A DNA stretch of 64,000 bases from Shigella phage vb_GEC_SH_GT. Location: the sequence record OR887633; one strand, given 5' to 3'. Positions 21,214 to 31,513 of this stretch are shown piece after piece. Each line of letters opens with the position of its first letter. Position 1 is the first letter of the stretch. The translations under genes were made by a program, and so were the position numbers. The notes under the pieces were generated by a model that was given only the letters and a program-made list of their open reading frames with translations, did no database searches and was not told the DNA's origin.

Positions 21214-21668
21214 TAGTATGCCTGCAAAACAAATTTAAAGTTATCAGCCAACATACGGTTCATTTCTTCAAGCGTTTGATACTCAGAATGATGATTACGA
21301 GTAAACGCTAAAGCTAACTGACCTTTTCCAAATCCTGTCGTCAGAGGTTTCATCTTAGAAGCAGGTAAATAAAATACTGCGTATGGAACATTATTATTTG
21401 CAATAGTACGCGCGAGTTGAGACCGGCGTTGACGAATATGACTTAGAACTGCACTGAACCCTTGCTTAGAACGCTGATTACCTACATAAAATCGTGCAGA
21501 TACACATGGACTATCAAATGGACCACCAAATTTGCTTACTAAAAAGTAAAATCCAGGGTTAGATAAAATATCTTTATGCGGAGTTCCAAAAACCCATTCA
21601 CCGCCCTTGATTGTACCAATAACAGTAGCACCTGCATTATTCAGATCAGTAACAGTCATGTATTTCAT
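21213..21668 (-). CDS. ndd: nucleoid disruption protein Ndd
   Basis: 151-aa ORF; sequence and position. Confidence 0.75.
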   Translation of the reverse strand: MKYMTVTDLNNAGATVIGTIKGGEWVFGTPHKDILSNPGFYFLVSKFGGPFDSPCVSARFYVGNQRSKQGFSAVLSHIRQRRSQLARTIANNNVPYAVFYLPASKMKPLTTGFGKGQLALAFTRNHHSEYQTLEEMNRMLADNFKFVLQAY

Positions 21669-21727
21669 ATTAATTTCCTCTAATTATTTTCTACTCCAAG
21701 GCCGCATGAATACACACGGCCAATAAA

Positions 21728-21943
21728 TTAATCGTCGCAGTCGACGCTCAATTCCCAAAACTCTTCTACGGTATAAGTTTCAGTATCATTTTCAATACAG
21801 AAACGTTCATTACTGTTATTTACTAAAGTAGCGTTAACTGTCATTTTCTCACTAGTGCTCTTAAGAGGTGAAATACGAATTAACTGATCACCATTATCCA
21901 AGCAAAAAATTTCGCCAACTTTTACATCTTTAAAGATTTTCAT
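21728..21943 (-). CDS. hypothetical early protein
   Basis: 71-aa ORF. Confidence 0.45.
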   Translation of the reverse strand: MKIFKDVKVGEIFCLDNGDQLIRISPLKSTSEKMTVNATLVNNSNERFCIENDTETYTVEEFWELSVDCDD

Positions 21944-22058
21944 AATTCACCTCAAGGAGTATAAAATCCAAATGCAGTTGTTGACCATCCCATCCAATAT
22001 GGAAAATTTGCGCCAATGTAAAACATAAGAATATAAAACCAAATGTTTAGTAAATTCA

Positions 22059-22256
22059 TTATTTTACACCATTCCAAATTGTTTCAACCACAGATTTTAA
22101 ACCATTTTGATGAATATCAATTCCGACTACTGTCATCAAATAGATTCCAACTACAACTGAACCTAAGGCAAAAATCAGCATGAAAATGAATAAAGCCGGA
22201 AAAATATTATCGAAAAACCATTCAATAAATGTAAAAGCACTGCGTTTACGCTTCAT
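22059..22256 (-). CDS. small membrane protein (65 aa)
   Basis: ATG at 22256 with GAGGA SD preferred over track start; hydrophobic core. Confidence 0.4.
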   Translation of the reverse strand: MKRKRSAFTFIEWFFDNIFPALFIFMLIFALGSVVVGIYLMTVVGIDIHQNGLKSVVETIWNGVK

Positions 22257-22263
22257 ATTTTCC

Positions 22264-22377
22264 TCACATAAATCCAAAGTAAGCGTTTAATACATCAATC
22301 ATTAAAACGATTGGGAATATACTCAAAACTACTAATATTATAACTACATTCCATATAGCTTTAACAATCTTTTTCAT
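22264..22377 (-). CDS. small membrane protein (37 aa)
   Basis: MKKIVKAIWNVVIILVVLSIFPIVL...; GGAGG SD; directly downstream of early promoter 22406-22435. Confidence 0.4.
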   Translation of the reverse strand: MKKIVKAIWNVVIILVVLSIFPIVLMIDVLNAYFGFM

Positions 22378-22405
22378 TTTCTGTTCCTCCGTAGTTGATA
22401 GGGTA

Positions 22406-22435
22406 ATAATACCACAGAGGAACAGTCTTGTAAAC
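22406..22435 (-). promoter_or_regulatory. T4-type early promoter
   Basis: GTTTAC (22435-22430), 18-bp spacer, TATTAT (22411-22406). Confidence 0.55.
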
Positions 22436-22620
22436 AACTTTTTTAAAAATATTCGTAATAAATGTGAATACCAACTACTACCGCTGAAACTTGCGCAACC
22501 CACCACGCACAAGCAATAAGCACAGAATTCAAAATTTTCATAATAACCTCATCACAAAAGTAAATGTTAAACAAATTAATGGAATACTAATTAACCAAAT
22601 AAAACACCACCACAATGAAC

Positions 22621-22884
22621 TCATAGTTCAATCTCAGCGATTTTCATTTCATTACTATTAATAGCCGCTTTAAGACTATCTGAAAGAATTACACACCAGT
22701 GGTCATTCATATGACCATTAACTAAGCGTGTAATTTCTTCGGGAGTTGAAAAATAAGGCGTATCAGACTCCCAATGCGATAGTCCCAAGCGAGTATAAAT
22801 CATGCCTTCATCATCGCTAGAATATTCAACTGACACAAACTCATCAGTTATTTTATGTTTAGCGTAATAAAATTTAAATTTCAT
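22621..22884 (-). CDS. hypothetical early protein (87 aa)
   Basis: ATG at 22884 with GGAGGA SD; track's longer ORF runs through the promoter and into denB. Confidence 0.5.
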   Translation of the reverse strand: MKFKFYYAKHKITDEFVSVEYSSDDEGMIYTRLGLSHWESDTPYFSTPEEITRLVNGHMNDHWCVILSDSLKAAINSNEMKIAEIEL

Positions 22885-22911
22885 TTTTACTCCTCCGTAG
22901 CTGATAGTTGT

Positions 22912-22941
22912 ATAGTACCACAGTCCTTGTGGTATGTAAAC
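22912..22941 (-). promoter_or_regulatory. T4-type early promoter
   Basis: GTTTAC (22941-22936), 18-bp spacer, TACTAT (22917-22912). Confidence 0.55.
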
Positions 22942-22958
22942 CGTTTTGTGAAAATTTT

Positions 22959-23516
22959 TTAAATGGAAAGATACCATCCGTTGTAGTTGCTTTTTCTTAC
23001 AACCTTACGAAGGTCTTCTCTATCACCGATGAACTTCGGAGTGTACTGGATGACACCTGGGTGAATTTCTTTAGTGTTGAATATAATTATACAGTCAGCG
23101 ACCTGATGATTCAGAATGGGCCCTAGATTTATTCCAGAACCGTATGGATACTCTCCGCTGCATCCTGTTGTTACAGAAATCCAACGTGAGTCAGTTTGAT
23201 GTGTCTTAACTTCTACGCGAAGTCCGCAGTATCTTGGGTGCGCCAATACATCCCATGCATATGTATACGGGTCATTAACATCCTCTTGACCTTTGTTAAC
23301 ATACCCGCTTAGCCAATCTGCTACAAAAAACTCTGCGTACACCGCGATACGACATCTTTCAATAACTTCTGCTTTATCCTGGTTCGGGTTTTGTTTTAAA
23401 GAGTATCTTGCTGTATCAGCAATTTTGACCTTCATTTCACTAGTCAAGTCGCTGTTCGATAGGGTAAATGTCGGAATCTGAAATAGTCTCTGTAAACCCG
23501 GATTCGTTTTCTGCAT
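22959..23516 (-). CDS. denB: endonuclease IV DenB
   Basis: 185-aa ORF; sequence and position. Confidence 0.8.
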   Translation of the reverse strand: MQKTNPGLQRLFQIPTFTLSNSDLTSEMKVKIADTARYSLKQNPNQDKAEVIERCRIAVYAEFFVADWLSGYVNKGQEDVNDPYTYAWDVLAHPRYCGLRVEVKTHQTDSRWISVTTGCSGEYPYGSGINLGPILNHQVADCIIIFNTKEIHPGVIQYTPKFIGDREDLRKVVRKSNYNGWYLSI

Positions 23517-23579
23517 TTAGACTTTCCTTTATGTCGGAATCACTGATATTCATATAAATCATAATTTCTCTTAAAACAA

Positions 23580-23596
23580 AAGGGCCGAAGCCCCTT
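23580..23596 (-). other. C(UUCG)G intercistronic RNA hairpin
   Basis: GGGGC-UUCG-GCCC(C) on minus transcript. Confidence 0.5.
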
Positions 23597-23599
23597 ATT

Positions 23600-23794
23600 T
23601 TATTTGAATTGTGCAATTCTTTTCTCTAAGCATTCAGCATAAGATTTCATTGAAATAAACTGCGAAAGTAACAGTTCTTGCTCAACTGCACTAACTGTTA
23701 GAAACTTTGCGCTTTCTAAAAATTTACTCAGTGCATTAATTTTGAGCATTAATTGATCGTATTCTTCTTTTACTCGTGCTTGATAACCTAACAT
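23600..23794 (-). CDS. hypothetical protein (64 aa)
   Basis: ORF between rIIB and denB. Confidence 0.45.
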   Translation of the reverse strand: MLGYQARVKEEYDQLMLKINALSKFLESAKFLTVSAVEQELLLSQFISMKSYAECLEKRIAQFK

Positions 23795-23808
23795 AATTTT
23801 CCTTAGTT

Positions 23809-23824
23809 AAGGGCCGAAGCCCTT
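23809..23824 (-). other. C(UUCG)G intercistronic RNA hairpin
   Basis: AAGGGC-UUCG-GCCCUU immediately after rIIB stop. Confidence 0.5.
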
Positions 23825-24761
23825 ATTTAAATTGTTCAGTAACGTCTTCAACTACTTCGTATTGGCAGGTACGCATTTTAGCATCGTTGTAATCAATCGG
23901 AATTGATACTACATCGCGAGGATGAACTTTAACTTTTACAACTCGGCTGGTTGAACTACCAAAGTGACGAATATAAGATTTAGAACACACATGCAGACCG
24001 CGAGAACAAGTCTGTGTATCATCGTCATTCACACGAGTACGTGGCATTTTAACTACTTTACCCGGACTGTTATCAAAGGTGTTTGAGTGACAGTCAAAGT
24101 AATTGCTGCGAACTACTTTCCAAGCATAGAAGTAACCATCTTCTGTAATTTCAATATCGTTTGCTACTAAGAAATCAAAGAGTCGAGATACCGCTTTTTG
24201 GCTTGGGTTTTCCAGCAGATTTTCCAAGAACGGGAAATAAAATTCAAAGTTTTCGCCTTTTTCCATCGAGTCAAGAATACGATCAACTAAACCAGACCGC
24301 AATTCAATATTTTGATAGAACAAGCTTCCACCTTCAATTCGAACATCGCCGGAAATATATTTTTCAACAGCGCGACGAACATTAATTTTTTGTGCCGCTT
24401 CTTCCAACTTATCTGCTACAAGCAGATTAAGAATTTCCTGGAAGTTTGAATGAGTATTAGGAGTTGCGTTATAAGTTACACCGTCAACAGTAATTGAAAT
24501 GAATTTTTTAGATGCATTCCAAATAATGTCAGATTTAGCAACTGGAGCAATAACTGCATCGCTATTAACTTTAACTGTAATATCACCGCTAATAGTAACT
24601 TTAGGGCGTTTAGCTTCTTCAGCATTTTTCAAAACACGACGGATTGTGTCAACCGATACATCCTTCCAATAAGCTAATTCCTGCTGGGTGTAATTACCAC
24701 TTGAATACAGTTTGACAATTTCAGCTTGTTCGTTTTTGGTCAGGCATTTAATATTGTACAT
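23823..24761 (-). CDS. rIIB: rIIB membrane-associated protein
   Basis: 312-aa ORF; sequence and position. Confidence 0.85.
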   Translation of the reverse strand: MYNIKCLTKNEQAEIVKLYSSGNYTQQELAYWKDVSVDTIRRVLKNAEEAKRPKVTISGDITVKVNSDAVIAPVAKSDIIWNASKKFISITVDGVTYNATPNTHSNFQEILNLLVADKLEEAAQKINVRRAVEKYISGDVRIEGGSLFYQNIELRSGLVDRILDSMEKGENFEFYFPFLENLLENPSQKAVSRLFDFLVANDIEITEDGYFYAWKVVRSNYFDCHSNTFDNSPGKVVKMPRTRVNDDDTQTCSRGLHVCSKSYIRHFGSSTSRVVKVKVHPRDVVSIPIDYNDAKMRTCQYEVVEDVTEQFK

Positions 24762-24772
24762 AATTTTCCTTA

Positions 24773-26950
24773 TTAGGCTGCAAGGGCCTTCATAGTTTTA
24801 GCGATTTGGGAAACTTCATCATCACTTAAAGAGTTGCGATAACCGATGAAGTCGGAAACGATACGGAATTTCTTGGTAAACTCAGCAACCATTTTATCAC
24901 TATTTTTTGAAGCATTATTTGATAATACATCAAAAAGATTAGTTACTGTCCAGATGTCATGACCGATGGTACCTTTTCCACCGTTGAAATATATACCCTG
25001 CAATGAACTAACCATATTACCAAGGCGAGTATATTCTTCAGAAACTTCATCTACACTGAAGTACTTCATCATAAAATCGAGTTCAGGATACTTAATAATT
25101 TTATCAATATATCGTTTAGCTGAACTTGAATAACCTACATACTTATCATAATCTACAGCATCAAAAGCATCTACATATAAATCACGCAGAGTTTCAAAAA
25201 TACATTGGCACTGACCAAGTTCTTTTACCTTTTTCTGTAAAAGTGGACGAATAACATAAAATTCATTAATGCCAATAAGATTAGCCATACGAGTCAAAAT
25301 ACTCGTAGATGGATTACAAAGCGATGTAGTACCATCCATAGAGAAAATATCAGAACGATGCATGTATGCTACGTAACCAGTAATTTCATCTGCTTCTGAT
25401 GTGAGCGTAAACAGTTCCTCTTTTTCCCAACGCCCGTCTTTAATTTCAAACTTAAATGCAGTAGCAGCTTTAGGACGAGGAGCTTTACTTTTAACTGCCT
25501 TTGGAATATAACTTTTAACTAAAGCTTCAATTTCTGACAAATAATGAATGTTAACTTCATCACTTTCAAACATTGCCATAATATCAGGAAGTAAATCAAT
25601 CTGCGATTCTACTTCCGGATTAATAAACAGAAGACGCTCATTATGATGAATATTCAAAGTGTTATTAAATTCACTATCATCTAACGCATGCGCTAATCCA
25701 CGGACAATATTAACACGATTTTTAATATTATCAATAACGATATTAATTTTTGTTGTATTAATACCGAACAGACGATAACTTGATGCAATGGCTGAAGTTT
25801 CATGACTTTGCTTAATGCGTTTCAGTCGAGGGTCAAGATTTACTTCATACACAACTCCTGCATTGCATAACTTACTATCAGGTTCAAACATGCTTTGCAT
25901 CTTCTTATATGACAGATTTTTAGTCGTGAATTTGACTGAATTACTAATCATATAATCTCGAGCAGAATATCCCATCTTCATCAATTCACGATATGTATGA
26001 CGGGGAGATGTGGATTCTTTAAATCGTTTTACATCTTCATTGAATGCCTTCTCACTAAGCTCTTTAACACGCTCAATAATATTTTTACGAGTACGATCAT
26101 CTAGTGAAAGAGCCTCACGAGATGGAGCAATATCAAGTGAACCCATTGGAAACTTAATGTAATTCACTTCATTGCGAATGCTTAGCCAGTTACGATCTCT
26201 AATAACACCATCGATAGGATAAACAATACCGCCATAGATAGCATATAATCCACCACGATCTGACCAGTATCTTTCTGGATTTACGCCATAATAATCATCA
26301 AAATCCGGAAAATAATCAATTTCGCGGTCAAGACCATTAATGATAGCCAAATCTTTGAATGGTCGCATGATATAAGAAACTTCATAAGCAAAGTTTCTAA
26401 AGTCTTTTTCTTCAACTGGAACCACGATTTCAATACCAGTTTTATCATCTGGACCCATTTCTTTTACGAATGTAGGTTTAATCTGTGGACCATCACCATC
26501 CATGTAAGCTACATAACCACGAATTTCACCTTTATGATACGAAGTAATACTAAACGTATCAGTATAACTAAATGGAGATTTAGAACCTAAACCAAATCCG
26601 CCAATAAAGTCATTAGATTCAGCTTTAGATGAACTGAAGTATGAATTATACAACCCAGGAGAATTATCATCACCTTGAATATCAAAATCACTCATACCCG
26701 GACCAAAATCTCGACAAACAAATCGTGGGTCTAAACGTCCAGGAACTTGTATGATAAATTTTTCAGGATTTCCATTGAGAGCATGGGCATCAATCATGTT
26801 TGTAATCAATTCACGGACTACTGCGCGAATCTTGTTTGTATACAAATCAGATGACAGAATTTTAAATACTTTAGGATTTGCTGCGATGCTAAATGCTTTT
26901 GATTTAGAACCATTACCAAGAATTGTTTCTTTTTCAGTGGTGATAATCAT
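24773..26950 (-). CDS. rIIA: rIIA protein (GHKL-type ATPase domain)
   Basis: 725-aa ORF; N-terminal GHKL motifs ([24 protein letters not shown]). Confidence 0.85.
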   Translation of the reverse strand: MIITTEKETILGNGSKSKAFSIAANPKVFKILSSDLYTNKIRAVVRELITNMIDAHALNGNPEKFIIQVPGRLDPRFVCRDFGPGMSDFDIQGDDNSPGLYNSYFSSSKAESNDFIGGFGLGSKSPFSYTDTFSITSYHKGEIRGYVAYMDGDGPQIKPTFVKEMGPDDKTGIEIVVPVEEKDFRNFAYEVSYIMRPFKDLAIINGLDREIDYFPDFDDYYGVNPERYWSDRGGLYAIYGGIVYPIDGVIRDRNWLSIRNEVNYIKFPMGSLDIAPSREALSLDDRTRKNIIERVKELSEKAFNEDVKRFKESTSPRHTYRELMKMGYSARDYMISNSVKFTTKNLSYKKMQSMFEPDSKLCNAGVVYEVNLDPRLKRIKQSHETSAIASSYRLFGINTTKINIVIDNIKNRVNIVRGLAHALDDSEFNNTLNIHHNERLLFINPEVESQIDLLPDIMAMFESDEVNIHYLSEIEALVKSYIPKAVKSKAPRPKAATAFKFEIKDGRWEKEELFTLTSEADEITGYVAYMHRSDIFSMDGTTSLCNPSTSILTRMANLIGINEFYVIRPLLQKKVKELGQCQCIFETLRDLYVDAFDAVDYDKYVGYSSSAKRYIDKIIKYPELDFMMKYFSVDEVSEEYTRLGNMVSSLQGIYFNGGKGTIGHDIWTVTNLFDVLSNNASKNSDKMVAEFTKKFRIVSDFIGYRNSLSDDEVSQIAKTMKALAA

Positions 26951-26960
26951 AATTTCCTCA

Positions 26961-27164
26961 TTAATTCATATTACGCTTAATAACTTCAGCAACTTCTAGT
27001 AGTTCATCTTTAGTTGCAGTGTCGGATTGAATTTTATCTCTAATATCTTTAAAGCGGTTTTTAAATTCTTCGGCTTCTCCCATATCGAAAAAGCGTTGAA
27101 TGATTCTATATTCTCGATGAACTGCTTTATCAAAAAGTTCTAAATTTACTTTATATGATTTCAT
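26961..27164 (-). CDS. hypothetical protein (rIIA.1 position)
   Basis: 67-aa ORF. Confidence 0.5.
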   Translation of the reverse strand: MKSYKVNLELFDKAVHREYRIIQRFFDMGEAEEFKNRFKDIRDKIQSDTATKDELLEVAEVIKRNMN

Positions 27165-27189
27165 TTCAATATCCTCATTTGCCCAATTA

Positions 27190-27219
27190 ATTATACCACA
27201 TCCTTGTGGTAAAGTAAAC
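27190..27219 (-). promoter_or_regulatory. T4-type early promoter
   Basis: GTTTAC (27219-27214) overlapping gene 39 stop, 18-bp spacer, TATAAT (27195-27190). Confidence 0.55.
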
Positions 27220-29036
27220 TACTGGCTCATCCATTCTTTACGAAGGTCAGCATTATCTCCCATGAGCATTTCAAAAAGCTCTTTCCAGTTCTCAGGAAGT
27301 TTAACAACATCATATACTGGGTTTTGAATCATCTCACGATATTCAGATTTTTCCAAAGAGCCAAGTCCCTTAATATAACGGATGCTATGTTTAGGTAGAG
27401 CATCTTTAGCACTCTCATATTCAGCGACTGTATAAAACCATTCTTGTTTTTTACCGACCTGAGCGATGATTACAGGAGTTTTGACAAAGCGAATTCTTCC
27501 TTGCTCAAACAGTTCTGGCCAATTACTAAAAAATCCGAGCAGAGAAGGATAAATGCTTCCTAGACCATCATGGTCAGCATCAGTCATAATAGCAATATTA
27601 TGATAATTCAAGTTTTCAGCTTTTTCACCGAGAACTAGACCAGTGATTGCGCAAATATCAAATAGTTCTTTGTTTTTAAGCATATCTGCATAAGACATAC
27701 CCCAACTGTTGAGAACTTTACCGCGTAATGGATAACCACCATGAAGTTCTTTATCGCGAACATCAATAAGATATCCGATAGCAGAATCACCCTCAGTCAA
27801 GAAAAGAGTAGTATCAGCATCTTTACCACAAAGATTCGCTTTAATATGTTTATGAACCTTAGCTTTAGAAGCCTTTTTAGCTGCTTTAGTTTCTGCTGCT
27901 TTTTCTGCCGCCAATTTACGAGCCAAGGCAGCTTCAATAATTGGCATTAAAATTGCTTCATTGTTTAAAATAGCGCGTGAAATCTTTTTAGCATCAAGTT
28001 GAATATGACTACGGATTTCACCAAATGGAGAAGTCAAACGCTCTTTAGTTTGAGAGTCAAATCGCATGTTTTTCATATCGCGAACAAACATAACGATAGT
28101 CAAACATTCTTTAACACGTGCTTTAGTTACATCAATTTTGAATTTACGTTTGATTTGTGGAATAAGGTCTTCACAAATATCATCCATAACACAGTCAATA
28201 TGATGGCCACCATTCTTAGTATGAATGTTATTGACGTACGTCAACTGACGAAAACCATCCGGTGAACGACCAACCGCAATAGAACAATTTTCTTGTTCTT
28301 GAACGATAGCATGTTCATCATACTGTCGTGCATATTTCTTAAAATTGCCCTGAACCTTTTTACCATTAAAGGTAAATTGAATATCAGGATAAACAACAGC
28401 AAGTGTCTGGAGACGATCTAATGTAATGTCAAGATAAACTTGGGACAGCTCATTAGTTTCAAATGACATAAAATCAGGAATGAAAGTAACACGAGTTCCT
28501 TTCCATTTTCCAGGAATATCTTCCCATGATTTATTTTCCATGCCATTTGAACAACGAACTACAATATTATTTTGACCATCGCCAGTTTCACCAACAAACA
28601 TCACAGAAAAAATGTTTGTCAAACTAGAACCAACACCATTCATACCGCCAGTGACGCGTTCTTTATCATCACCGAAGTTACCACCTGCTTTTGGAATAGT
28701 CCATGCAGCAACAGGACCAGGAATTTCTTCACCGGTAGGTGTTTTAACCATCGCCTGTGGAATACCACGACCGTTATCTTCAACTGTTACTTGATTGTTT
28801 TTAATAGTAACATTAATTTTATTTGCGAATTTAAACTTAGTACGAATACCTTCATCTACTGAGTTATCAATAATTTCATCAATAAGCTTAACAAGACCAG
28901 GTACATACTGAACACTTTCCCATTTACCAAACAGAAAGCGCTCATGCATTTCATTAGCAGAAGAGCCAATATACATGCCGCTACGCTTTTTGATATGTTC
29001 AATATCGCTCAGAATTTTAATTTCATTCTTAATCAT
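27219..29036 (-). CDS. 39: DNA topoisomerase II large subunit gp39, unsplit (GyrB-like ATPase + TOPRIM)
   Basis: 605 aa from ATG at 29036 (track start 29039 is GTG); ATPase and TOPRIM regions contiguous in one ORF. Confidence 0.9.
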   Translation of the reverse strand: MIKNEIKILSDIEHIKKRSGMYIGSSANEMHERFLFGKWESVQYVPGLVKLIDEIIDNSVDEGIRTKFKFANKINVTIKNNQVTVEDNGRGIPQAMVKTPTGEEIPGPVAAWTIPKAGGNFGDDKERVTGGMNGVGSSLTNIFSVMFVGETGDGQNNIVVRCSNGMENKSWEDIPGKWKGTRVTFIPDFMSFETNELSQVYLDITLDRLQTLAVVYPDIQFTFNGKKVQGNFKKYARQYDEHAIVQEQENCSIAVGRSPDGFRQLTYVNNIHTKNGGHHIDCVMDDICEDLIPQIKRKFKIDVTKARVKECLTIVMFVRDMKNMRFDSQTKERLTSPFGEIRSHIQLDAKKISRAILNNEAILMPIIEAALARKLAAEKAAETKAAKKASKAKVHKHIKANLCGKDADTTLFLTEGDSAIGYLIDVRDKELHGGYPLRGKVLNSWGMSYADMLKNKELFDICAITGLVLGEKAENLNYHNIAIMTDADHDGLGSIYPSLLGFFSNWPELFEQGRIRFVKTPVIIAQVGKKQEWFYTVAEYESAKDALPKHSIRYIKGLGSLEKSEYREMIQNPVYDVVKLPENWKELFEMLMGDNADLRKEWMSQ

Positions 29037-29088
29037 CACTTATCCTCGTTTGGTTTCGGGAATATTATACTCCAGTAATCATAAAGCT

Positions 29089-29106
29089 AAAGGCCCGAAG
29101 GCCTTT
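29089..29106 (-). other. C(UUCG)G RNA hairpin upstream of gene 39
   Basis: AAAGGCC-UUCG-GGCCUUU on minus transcript. Confidence 0.45.
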
Positions 29107-29366
29107 TATTTAAAACGAATAGTCGAATCCTTGAAGAATAGTCCAGAACATACTGTTCCTTCTACTTTCTGCCCAGTAGGTCCAATAGCACGAAATCCAG
29201 TATGCTGGAAATCATTTTCAGAGCAACCGAACCAATTATATCCAGTGATTTCAATATTAGTAAAACCACTTGAAGACAAAACTTTGGTTGCATTATCAGC
29301 ATCAGTACATCCTATTAAAGATACTGCTAATACTAATGCTGCGATAGAACGATTAACATATTTCAT
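29106..29366 (-). CDS. putative lipoprotein
   Basis: signal peptide with lipobox (LAVSLIGC); ATG at 29366 (track start is GTG). Confidence 0.5.
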   Translation of the reverse strand: MKYVNRSIAALVLAVSLIGCTDADNATKVLSSSGFTNIEITGYNWFGCSENDFQHTGFRAIGPTGQKVEGTVCSGLFFKDSTIRFK

Positions 29367-29371
29367 AATTT

Positions 29372-29743
29372 TCACTTAAATTTAATGGCTTGAAGGAGAC
29401 TAATAACTCTCAAGCGACTTCTTTCATCTTTAACTGTAAAGGAAAGGGGGTCACCGGATTTCATAGTGATAGTGCATCCAAAATCAAAATTTTCGGGAAC
29501 TTCTTCGAAGAAGTCAAATTCTTCAGCATAAATTAGAATATTACTCTGCATACTGTGAAGAATTTTTCCGTCATTTCCAGATGCTGTACTAATCATCGTA
29601 ACATTATGACCTTTCATATCTTCAACGATAAATTCGCTTGTAGATATTACAGCATTAATAGAACCATTCCTATAAATAGCAGACATTAGATATTTCTTTT
29701 CTTCGCCTTCGCGAATACGATATTTCTTACCGATTTTAAACAT
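29372..29743 (-). CDS. hypothetical protein
   Basis: ORF; ATG at 29743 (track start is GTG). Confidence 0.45.
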   Translation of the reverse strand: MFKIGKKYRIREGEEKKYLMSAIYRNGSINAVISTSEFIVEDMKGHNVTMISTASGNDGKILHSMQSNILIYAEEFDFFEEVPENFDFGCTITMKSGDPLSFTVKDERSRLRVISLLQAIKFK

Positions 29744-29745
29744 AA

Positions 29746-29922
29746 TCACCCTTTAAGTAAGTCGTAAAATCCACCATTCACATGCTTAGGAGCGGAAACT
29801 AACCGAATAGCAATCCGATGACAATCAGGACATACATCAGTATCCCTTTCAGAAATTTTCTTGATTTTTTCGTATTCTTTTGCGCAGTCTTTGGATTGAC
29901 ATTTATAATCATAAAGAGGCAT
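29746..29922 (-). CDS. small zinc-ribbon protein (58 aa, FmdB-like CxxC...CxxC)
   Basis: manual read MPLYDYKCQSKDC...CPDCH; below track cutoff. Confidence 0.4.
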   Translation of the reverse strand: MPLYDYKCQSKDCAKEYEKIKKISERDTDVCPDCHRIAIRLVSAPKHVNGGFYDLLKG

Positions 29923-29924
29923 AA

Positions 29925-30344
29925 TTATTCCTTAAAGTGAGCTTTCAACATCTGATACAAGGACCATGCTTGTTCATTATTTTCAATAGTAACTTTCATT
30001 ACCGGGAATTCTGTGAAATCTTCTATTTGTTCTTGCTCTTCCTGCTCTTGTTCTTCAGCAGCCTGATATGGATTTTCCACTTCATCAAAGAACCCAGCTT
30101 CGTTAGTAGAAAGCCAGATAAAGTTTTCGTCAAGGATATCGCCATGTTTTGCATATCCAATTGTGCCAGTAGATAACATAATTTTAGTAGGACGCCCAAG
30201 ATAATCAGCATCTAAAATTTTAAAAGGTTCCATACCTAAACGTCGTGCATAGATTCCGTTATCAGTATGGTCTTTAATAAAATTTTCTTGAGCTTGTTTA
30301 TTTTTAAATTGATACCATTTATTAACTTCAAATCTAATAGCCAT
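29925..30344 (-). CDS. hypothetical protein (goF position)
   Basis: 139-aa ORF with acidic [10 protein letters not shown] stretch. Confidence 0.4.
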   Translation of the reverse strand: MAIRFEVNKWYQFKNKQAQENFIKDHTDNGIYARRLGMEPFKILDADYLGRPTKIMLSTGTIGYAKHGDILDENFIWLSTNEAGFFDEVENPYQAAEEQEQEEQEQIEDFTEFPVMKVTIENNEQAWSLYQMLKAHFKE

Positions 30345-30559
30345 TAATAAATTTCCTTCCAGTAAGTTGTGCCATCTTCAGTAATTTCACGAAATACACC
30401 GTAAATTGGTTGTTTATCACCAACCTTTTCATACACATAAACCGAAGTCAAGTGGGTAAACTTAATGGTGTGTTCCTTTTGAACTACTACCAAATCTGGA
30501 TCGAATAATACATCTTCAAATTCGTCATTGGTGCAGTTCTGAACAATTTTACGTTTCAT
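30344..30559 (-). CDS. hypothetical protein (cef position)
   Basis: 71-aa ORF. Confidence 0.4.
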   Translation of the reverse strand: MKRKIVQNCTNDEFEDVLFDPDLVVVQKEHTIKFTHLTSVYVYEKVGDKQPIYGVFREITEDGTTYWKEIY

Positions 30560-30572
30560 TACAATTTCCTCA

Positions 30573-30842
30573 TTAATTGAACAGTGGAGCGATGCGTTTC
30601 AGAAGAGTAGCAGCACCTTTGGCGAATTTTACATCATGAAAAACAGTTTCTTCTTCTGTAACAACACGAACTTTAATGTTTTCACAATCCCAATTTTTAC
30701 GAACAATCTTCAAAAGCTGCAGTAAATCTTTACATTCAGCAATATCGATAACACATCCACGAGAATCTTCCATTATCGCACGATAACCGTAAGCCATACC
30801 ATAATCGTTGAAAGATTGCTCGATGATAATTAAGTTTTCCAT
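30573..30842 (-). CDS. hypothetical protein
   Basis: ATG at 30842 (track start is TTG). Confidence 0.4.
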   Translation of the reverse strand: MENLIIIEQSFNDYGMAYGYRAIMEDSRGCVIDIAECKDLLQLLKIVRKNWDCENIKVRVVTEEETVFHDVKFAKGAATLLKRIAPLFN

Positions 30843-30885
30843 TTTATTCTCCAAGTTGTTTTCTGTATCAGTAGTTGATATTGAT

Positions 30886-30891
30886 ATAGTA
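30886..30891 (-). promoter_or_regulatory. early-promoter-like -10 (TACTAT) inside 13-bp inverted repeat; weak -35
   Basis: ATCAGTAGTTGAT...ATCAACTACTGAT palindrome surrounds the -10. Confidence 0.3.
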
Positions 30892-30939
30892 CCATAATCA
30901 ACTACTGATGTATATAGTTTTATGAAAAAATTTTAAACT

Positions 30940-31437
30940 TTATGCACAGCGAGCTTTGCTATAGTGTTTAATCCAACTTTCAGGAATGACTTTGTATGTT
31001 CCTAAAAATACCGCGTTGTACAACTTAACGCCATCTTCTACCCATTGATCGGTAATGTATGCACACATAGCACGAGTACGACGTTTTTGAACAACCCCTT
31101 CCTCATCTTCGGTAAATTCGAATTCATAAGGAGCAATGAACTTAATAGCCTGACCGAGTTTCCACTTAAAGTCTACACCTACATGCGAAGTATCAATCGT
31201 TTCAATTCCTTTAGCAGGAACAGCTTTCAAAAACGCAGATTCAAGAAATTTCGCACGAACATAGCCAAACTGAGGTTTAGACTTTCCATCTTTAGGAATG
31301 ATACGCACTTTTACTTCAGAATCTTCATCTTTAACGCCATGTTTAAGCTGAATGCTTACAATTTCGACCAATTTTCCTGCTGCTTTAGAACGGGATTTAT
31401 CAGATACACGAGCTAATTCACCAATATTAATAATCAT
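30940..31437 (-). CDS. hypothetical protein, paralog of 31514-32056 (motB region)
   Basis: 165-aa ORF; shared C-terminal TDQW(V/I)EDGV(K/E)L domain. Confidence 0.45.
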   Translation of the reverse strand: MIINIGELARVSDKSRSKAAGKLVEIVSIQLKHGVKDEDSEVKVRIIPKDGKSKPQFGYVRAKFLESAFLKAVPAKGIETIDTSHVGVDFKWKLGQAIKFIAPYEFEFTEDEEGVVQKRRTRAMCAYITDQWVEDGVKLYNAVFLGTYKVIPESWIKHYSKARCA

Positions 31438-31513
31438 AGTTATCTCTCACTTGTTAAAAAGATTTTATACTCCACGGGACCATTATACTCTGGTCCCAAG
31501 AGTTTGTAAACTA

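Noticed and set aside
22264-22512. 82-aa track ORF
   Set aside because: It reads through an early promoter and fuses two separate small ORFs; re-annotated as 22264-22377 plus a 32-aa ORF at 22443-22541.
22885-22977. 5' part of track ORF 22621-22977 overlapping denB
   Set aside because: The start was moved to ATG at 22884 with a GGAGGA SD; the upstream part contains the early promoter and overlaps denB.
27165-27218. Search for the gene 60 translational bypass (hop) element and mobA
   Set aside because: The rIIA.1-39 gap is only 54 bp and holds a promoter; gene 39 is contiguous.
27741-28862. Plus-strand ORFs inside gene 39
   Set aside because: Antisense shadow ORFs within a conserved topoisomerase gene.
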